Source: Sminthopsis crassicaudata (taxonomy: Eukaryota). Taken from it: a stretch of DNA of 64,000 bases. Position numbers and translations under genes: made by a program. The stretch covers positions 35,765,148-35,829,147 of the forward strand of contig NC_133621.1 in assembly GCF_048593235.1 (NCBI RefSeq). The letters are read 5' to 3'. Numbering within the stretch: position 1 is the first letter of the stretch; each line of letters starts with the position of its first letter. Positions 59,300-64,000 of the stretch are shown here, piece after piece. A model generated the notes under the pieces. It ran no database searches. It was not told where the DNA came from and saw only the letters and a program-made list of their open reading frames with translations.

Positions 59300-62200
59300 A
59301 GCGCTGCAGAGAACCGCTTGCCAGACGGGAGGCTCGGAAGAGGGAGCGTTCTCGTCTTCTTTCCTCTCTGCCCCAGGCCTCCTGTGGCGGCGGGGAGGCT
59401 TTGGGCAGCAGGTGGGAGGGGCCTTCCCGTGGCCCGGAGAACCGTCCCATTTCTTGGGGCGGGGAAGGGGGGTGCTCTAGTTAGAGGCAGAGAACGCCGA
59501 TCACAGACTTGGATGTCGGAGAATTTAAACCCTTTCTCTCACCCTCATTCACACACGTACACCCCCTAAAACAAGACAACCCCTTCTTCCTGGAAAATGG
59601 GGACTCACAGATCCAACTGGTAAAATGTGTTACCTTCTGGGGAGGGTTTGAAACAGACATTAATGTGATTAAAAATGCGTGTCCAAATTTGGAAGAACAG
59701 ACACTAATGTCTCTCTCCAGGGTACCATCTGTGGGCGCGTCAGCCCCTCGTCCAGTGAGTCTTTTCTGGTACCGAAAGAACTGCTTGTGAGGTTTGTCCA
59801 TTAATGTGGTGGGGAGGGGGAGGGGAGGGAGAGGGCCGTGTGTCGCGATCCCGGGGGCTCCTGTGTTCAGGAAGTCTCGGGGCAGACGGGTGACCCCGCT
59901 TTGCTGAGGCACAGTTGGATGAAATGAAAGCGGAAAGCCAGAGTTCCCCGCTCTGGAAGCCGAGTGACCTGACCCGGGAAGGCAGGATGGAGCTGGGGGG
60001 GGGGGGGTGTGGAGGGGTGTGGGGGGTGGGGCGGGGGGCGGCTCCGCGGCAGTCGCACAGAAGTAAATGCGTTTATGCGGCAGGCCAAGGTTCTGAATGG
60101 GTCCTTGTGGTCTCTCCTGGCCCACAGCTCATCTCCCAGCTCAAGGAAGCTTGCAATTCCTCGGGTTCTCTTCCCTCCCGGAACCCCTTCGAGGCTCCCC
60201 CAGTGAGTAGTTTCTAGGACTCCCTCCAAGTCACGTGAGCGGGTGTGGGACGAGGCTGCTTCTCGTCTCCTCTGAGTCACTGGTTCCTGCGCCCCACCCC
60301 CAGCCCCACTCCTGCCCGCCAGGTCCCAGGGGCTGAGAACCCCGGGCCGGGACAGGCCGAGGAGGCAAAACGGAGGAGGGGTGGTCTGGGGACCCTTCTG
60401 TGCACTGAAAAAGATTGAGGAACTTTCTCTACAGAACTTCAGTCCATGTGGACGTTATGGATATTCCACGTGTTGGAAATTAAAACATTGTCAGAAATAT
60501 GACCCCAGGGACGCCCCAGAGGCTGTGGAGACTCTGGGGAATCCCAGGGCGCCCTTGGAGAAGTGTGGCTTAGGGCGGAAAGAGCCTTGTTCAAGCTCCC
60601 ACACGGTTTGTGGGCGCTGAGTAAGTGATCGCGCCTCAGTCTCCCCGTCTGTAACGGGAGGGGTCGGGCTAAGGGGAAGCGGCCTGGTGCTTTACTCTGC
60701 GGCCCTTGGGGCGCCGCGCTTCCCTGCGGAGGAGGCCGGGGGACGGCGTGGCTTTGGGACCCCTCGGCCTGGCCGCCGCTCCCCCCCCCACCGCTGGGTC
60801 GGGATGGTGGGGGCCTCGGACTCGCGGGCCTCGGCCAGGTCACGGAGCAGGGATGTCCGGACTGACGATCTTTAGCCTTTATTACAGAGGGCGCGCTAGA
60901 AATTAGTCAAGTTTTGTCTGAAGTAGTAAAAGGTTTTCTAGGAGCCCCATGAACACCGACGGGCACAATGATGCCCCCGTGGGTGCACACTGAGTCCGGC
61001 TGGGGGGGAGGCCAGGTTCGGATCGGCCTCCGATGCCAAGCTCAACTCAAAGCCAACGGGTGGGACGTGGACACTTGTGCGCCCCCTTCTGGCTCGTGAG
61101 CCCTGAGGGTAACGTGTGCCTTTGGGACTAGCCCCTTTGGCTCGTGAGCGCCCAGGGGCTCCTGCGCCCAGGAACGTGGCTGCCCGCTTCCTCGTGGCCC
61201 ATCAGCTGTGCGGGACTGCGGCCCCTCCCTGAGCGCGGCTCGCCTCACTCTGCTGCTCTCTCTTTTCCAGGCCCAGCTCGAAGCCCAGAAGGCGACCCAG
61301 GACTTCCAGAGGGCCACCGAGGTCCTGCGGGCGGCCAAGGAGACCATCTCCCTGGCGGAGCAGAGGCTCCTGGAGGACGACAAGCGGCAGTTCGATTCGG
61401 CCTGGCAGGAGATGCTCAACCACGCCACCCAGCGGGTATGGGCCGCAAGGTCTCTCCCCCTCCCTTGTCTGGCCGGGAGCCTCTGATGGGGCTCCTGTTC
61501 CGCGGGGGTCCGGCCCGGACGGGGCTGCCGTCCCAGAGGCAGCGTCTCTGGGCTGGGGGCGGCAGGGGTCTGCTCCGCGGGTCCGGCTCTCACTCGCTGC
61601 CTCCGAGGGCTTGAAGGTCCGGGTGAAGTCCTTCCTCCACTCCTCCCTTACGGTGGCTAGAGGCGCTGCTGGGGGGGGGGGGTCAGGTCTCCTGTGCATG
61701 GGGTTCACTCCCAGTCTGCCCCGCGGACGGCCAGGGCTCGCTCAGCCAGGCCCCTCCGCTTCCCTTTTTGGCGGGGCCGCGGGGGTCCCACAGCTGGGAA
61801 GCGCCAAGCGCCCGAGGCCGAGTGTTAGGCTTGGACCGCCCTGACCCCGGCGCTCGGTCCTTCCCCGTGACTCCGGCTCCCTTCGCTCGGAGTCTCCGGG
61901 CTGGCAGGGCTCGAGCTGGGACTTGGGGCAGACGCGGGCGGCCTCCCCTTGTCCGGGGGCTGAGGCCTGGCCCCGGGAGGTTCCAGAGAAAAGCCTGCGG
62001 GGACGGCCGTGCTCCGGCCAGTGCGGCGAGGAGGGGGGGCTCTGGGAGAAATGCCGCATCAGAGCTGGGCGGTAGCGTGCAGGCCCCCGCTGCCTCCTTG
62101 TCCCTCACCTGGAGGAGGCCGCTGGGAGGCGCAGCAGATGCAGCGCTGGATTTGGAATCCAAAGGCGGGAGTTCAAATCCAGCCTCAGCCGGTCACCGCG

Positions 62201-64000
62201 GCCTCCGGGCTGCCGGCCTCCGTCCCTTGTAACGGCAGCTCCTCCAGGACGCGTCTGTGAGGGGCTTTGCCGACACCTGAGGGCGGGAAGCGCCGTGGCT
62301 GTTAGAAGGGGTGTGGAGGAGAACACTCCCTGCTGGGGGGGGCGTGGCGAGAGCCAGTGGGACTTGTGGAGGACAGGTTGGTTCCAGGTCACGAGCGGGC
62401 GCTAGAAGGCGGAGCCAGCAGTGGGGCTGGGGCTCCGAGGGAGACGGACAGCCGGCCTGTCTCGGGGATGGGCGCCCTGTCCGTGCGTGTAACACGCATG
62501 TGTGCATGGACACACGTGTACGAACAGGGCGTCCCGGAAGTCCTAGAGCGGCCAGACACCAGTAACTTCCGTCCTGCGCACAGGCTCGGACAGAACCTTC
62601 CACGGTCCTGAGTGACACGGTCTTTGCCCCGCCTCCTGCCAAACAAGGGGTGGGCCGAGGTCACTGGGGATCACCCCCCTCCCCCTCTCTCCTCCCCACC
62701 CCCAGCTTGCTGCTTCCTTCCTGGGCGGCCTCGGCCGAGGGCCAGCGATGATGGCTCCCGCCTGTGCTTGTCATGGCAGGGGAGCCTCCCTCCTCCCTGC
62801 CTTTATCGGGCTGCTGGGGGGGGGGTCTTCGTCTGGGAAGTCTGCTCCTGGTGGGCACTGTGGGGGGGGTCGTGACCAGACGGGGAGGGCGCGCTCTGTG
62901 ACCCCGTCTCGGCCCCAGCCCTCACCCCCGCCGCCGGCCCAGTTCTAACGGGGCCCACGTGGTCCTTCCTTCCGCCCTCCTCCTCCCTGCTGACAGATGT
63001 GGCCAGAAGGGAGGAGGTGTCTGGGAACAGGAGGAGGGAGAGCCAGCAGGAGACACCTGGTGGAGGGATGGGAGGGAGGGCTCTTCTCCCGGTGGGGAGC
63101 ACCGCCCCGGGGCTGAGGAAACCGGCCGCTGACCCGGCCTGGCAAGAGGAGAAACCCAGGGGCGTCCCCTGTGCAGCGAAAGCCTTCCCTGCTGGCGTGC
63201 AGGTGCAGCCGAGGCTCAGCCAGCCCTTGTTAAGCGCCTGCTGTGTGCGGGGCGCCAGCATGGAGCTCCCGGGGTCACTGGGTCCCCGTAGGCCGGTTAG
63301 GAGCAGGCCTGTTCCTTTCCACAGTCAGGACTTGGACCCCGCCCCCGAGGCAGCATTCTCCCTGTTCCAGGCTCAGAGGCCTCAGGGCCCGGCCTCCCCG
63401 CTCGAGGGTTCGGTCTTGGCCAGAGCTGGGCTGGGACTCCGGGGCCCCCAGGCCCGCACTGTCTGGTTCAGCTTCCGAGGAGGGGCCTTGCTGTGGGGCC
63501 AGAGATCAGGCCATCTCTCCTTGGTCCCTGGGGTCCGAGGGAGAGGGGCGCTCTCAGCAGGGGCTGAGGGGGGAGAACAGATCTGAGGAGACCCCCAGAT
63601 CGGCCGCCAGGAGCGTGAGGAGAGATGGAGCCCTGAGCCCCTCTGCCGGGGTTGGGATGGAAGCCACGGGAGCCCGGGCAGGTTAGCTGTGGGGGGTGCT
63701 GGGAAGCAGAGCCTGGGAAGAGCTGAGGGGGTCTGGGCTCCTCCCTGACCGCAGCAAGGTTCTGGCCCGGCCCGTGGCCTGTGGCTTCTGGGTCAGCTTG
63801 CATCTCCGTGCCCAGCACGACACTGCCCGCAGTGGGCACTTCACAGATGCTCGCCAAAGGCGCCGTGGTGGAGCGGGGGAGCCTCGGACCCTGCCTCACC
63901 TCCCTCACCTCCCTGGGCCTGCCCCAGCTGCCTCCTGTTACAGCAGCATCTACCTGGCAGGTGGTTGTGAGGGGTCCATAAACGTCAGGCACAGGGCCGG
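59300..64000. promoter_or_regulatory. Intragenic GC/CpG-rich domain around exon 4 (possible internal promoter or GC-biased conversion zone)
   Basis: CpG density visibly approaches that of the 5' island. TCACGTGA at 60231-60238, CCGGAAGT at 62534-62541 and several GGGCGG boxes. Confidence 0.55.
61271..61435 (+). CDS. SH3BP5: SH3BP5 coding exon 4 (165 nt, AQLEAQKATQDFQRATEVLRAAKETISLAEQRLLEDDKRQFDSAWQEMLNHATQR)
   Basis: Acceptor ctctcttttccag|GCC, donor CGG|gtatgg at 61436. Peptide matches SH3BP5. I found no later exon in the window. Confidence 0.97.

Noticed and set aside
59016-63992. Many 100-215 aa ORFs on both strands in the 3' GC-rich region
   Set aside because: Same GC artefact; low-complexity products with no homology I can recognise, and none matches SH3BP5 exon 5 (VMEAEQ...).

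Overview
Marsupial genomic DNA, most likely a dasyurid such as the Tasmanian devil (inferred from WSINE1, MAR1, marsupial L1 and OC1-like hAT repeats), from a draft assembly with four N gaps. The window holds the 5' half of SH3BP5 (Sab, a Rab11 GEF and JNK scaffold) on the + strand: a CpG-island promoter (~7.6-9.1 kb) and coding exons 1-4 (8115-8285, 10829-10891, 35562-35690, 61271-61435), all with canonical GT-AG phase-0 junctions. The gene continues beyond the window. Introns are dense in MIR/MAR1/WSINE1/L1/L2/L3 relics; only representative copies are listed and their edges are approximate unless a TSD is given. The main unexpected element is a ~1.3 kb degraded minus-strand fragment in intron 3 (~48080-49590). 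After removing a young L1 inserted into it and allowing frameshifts, it translates into eight colinear motifs matching the N-terminal ~400 aa of a bornavirus-type L polymerase, making it a candidate endogenous bornavirus-like L element (EBLL). That comparison was made against a remembered BoDV-1 L sequence, not a database search. Other notable items: two GC-rich minisatellites with higher-order structure (39 bp and ~100 bp units), a steep GC3 rise along the gene (48% to 96%) with GC-enriched ancient SINEs, a CpG-rich candidate internal promoter before exon 4, two hAT MITEs, an L1-in-L1-in-MIR nest with both TSDs intact, and two short local duplications of MAR1 tails.
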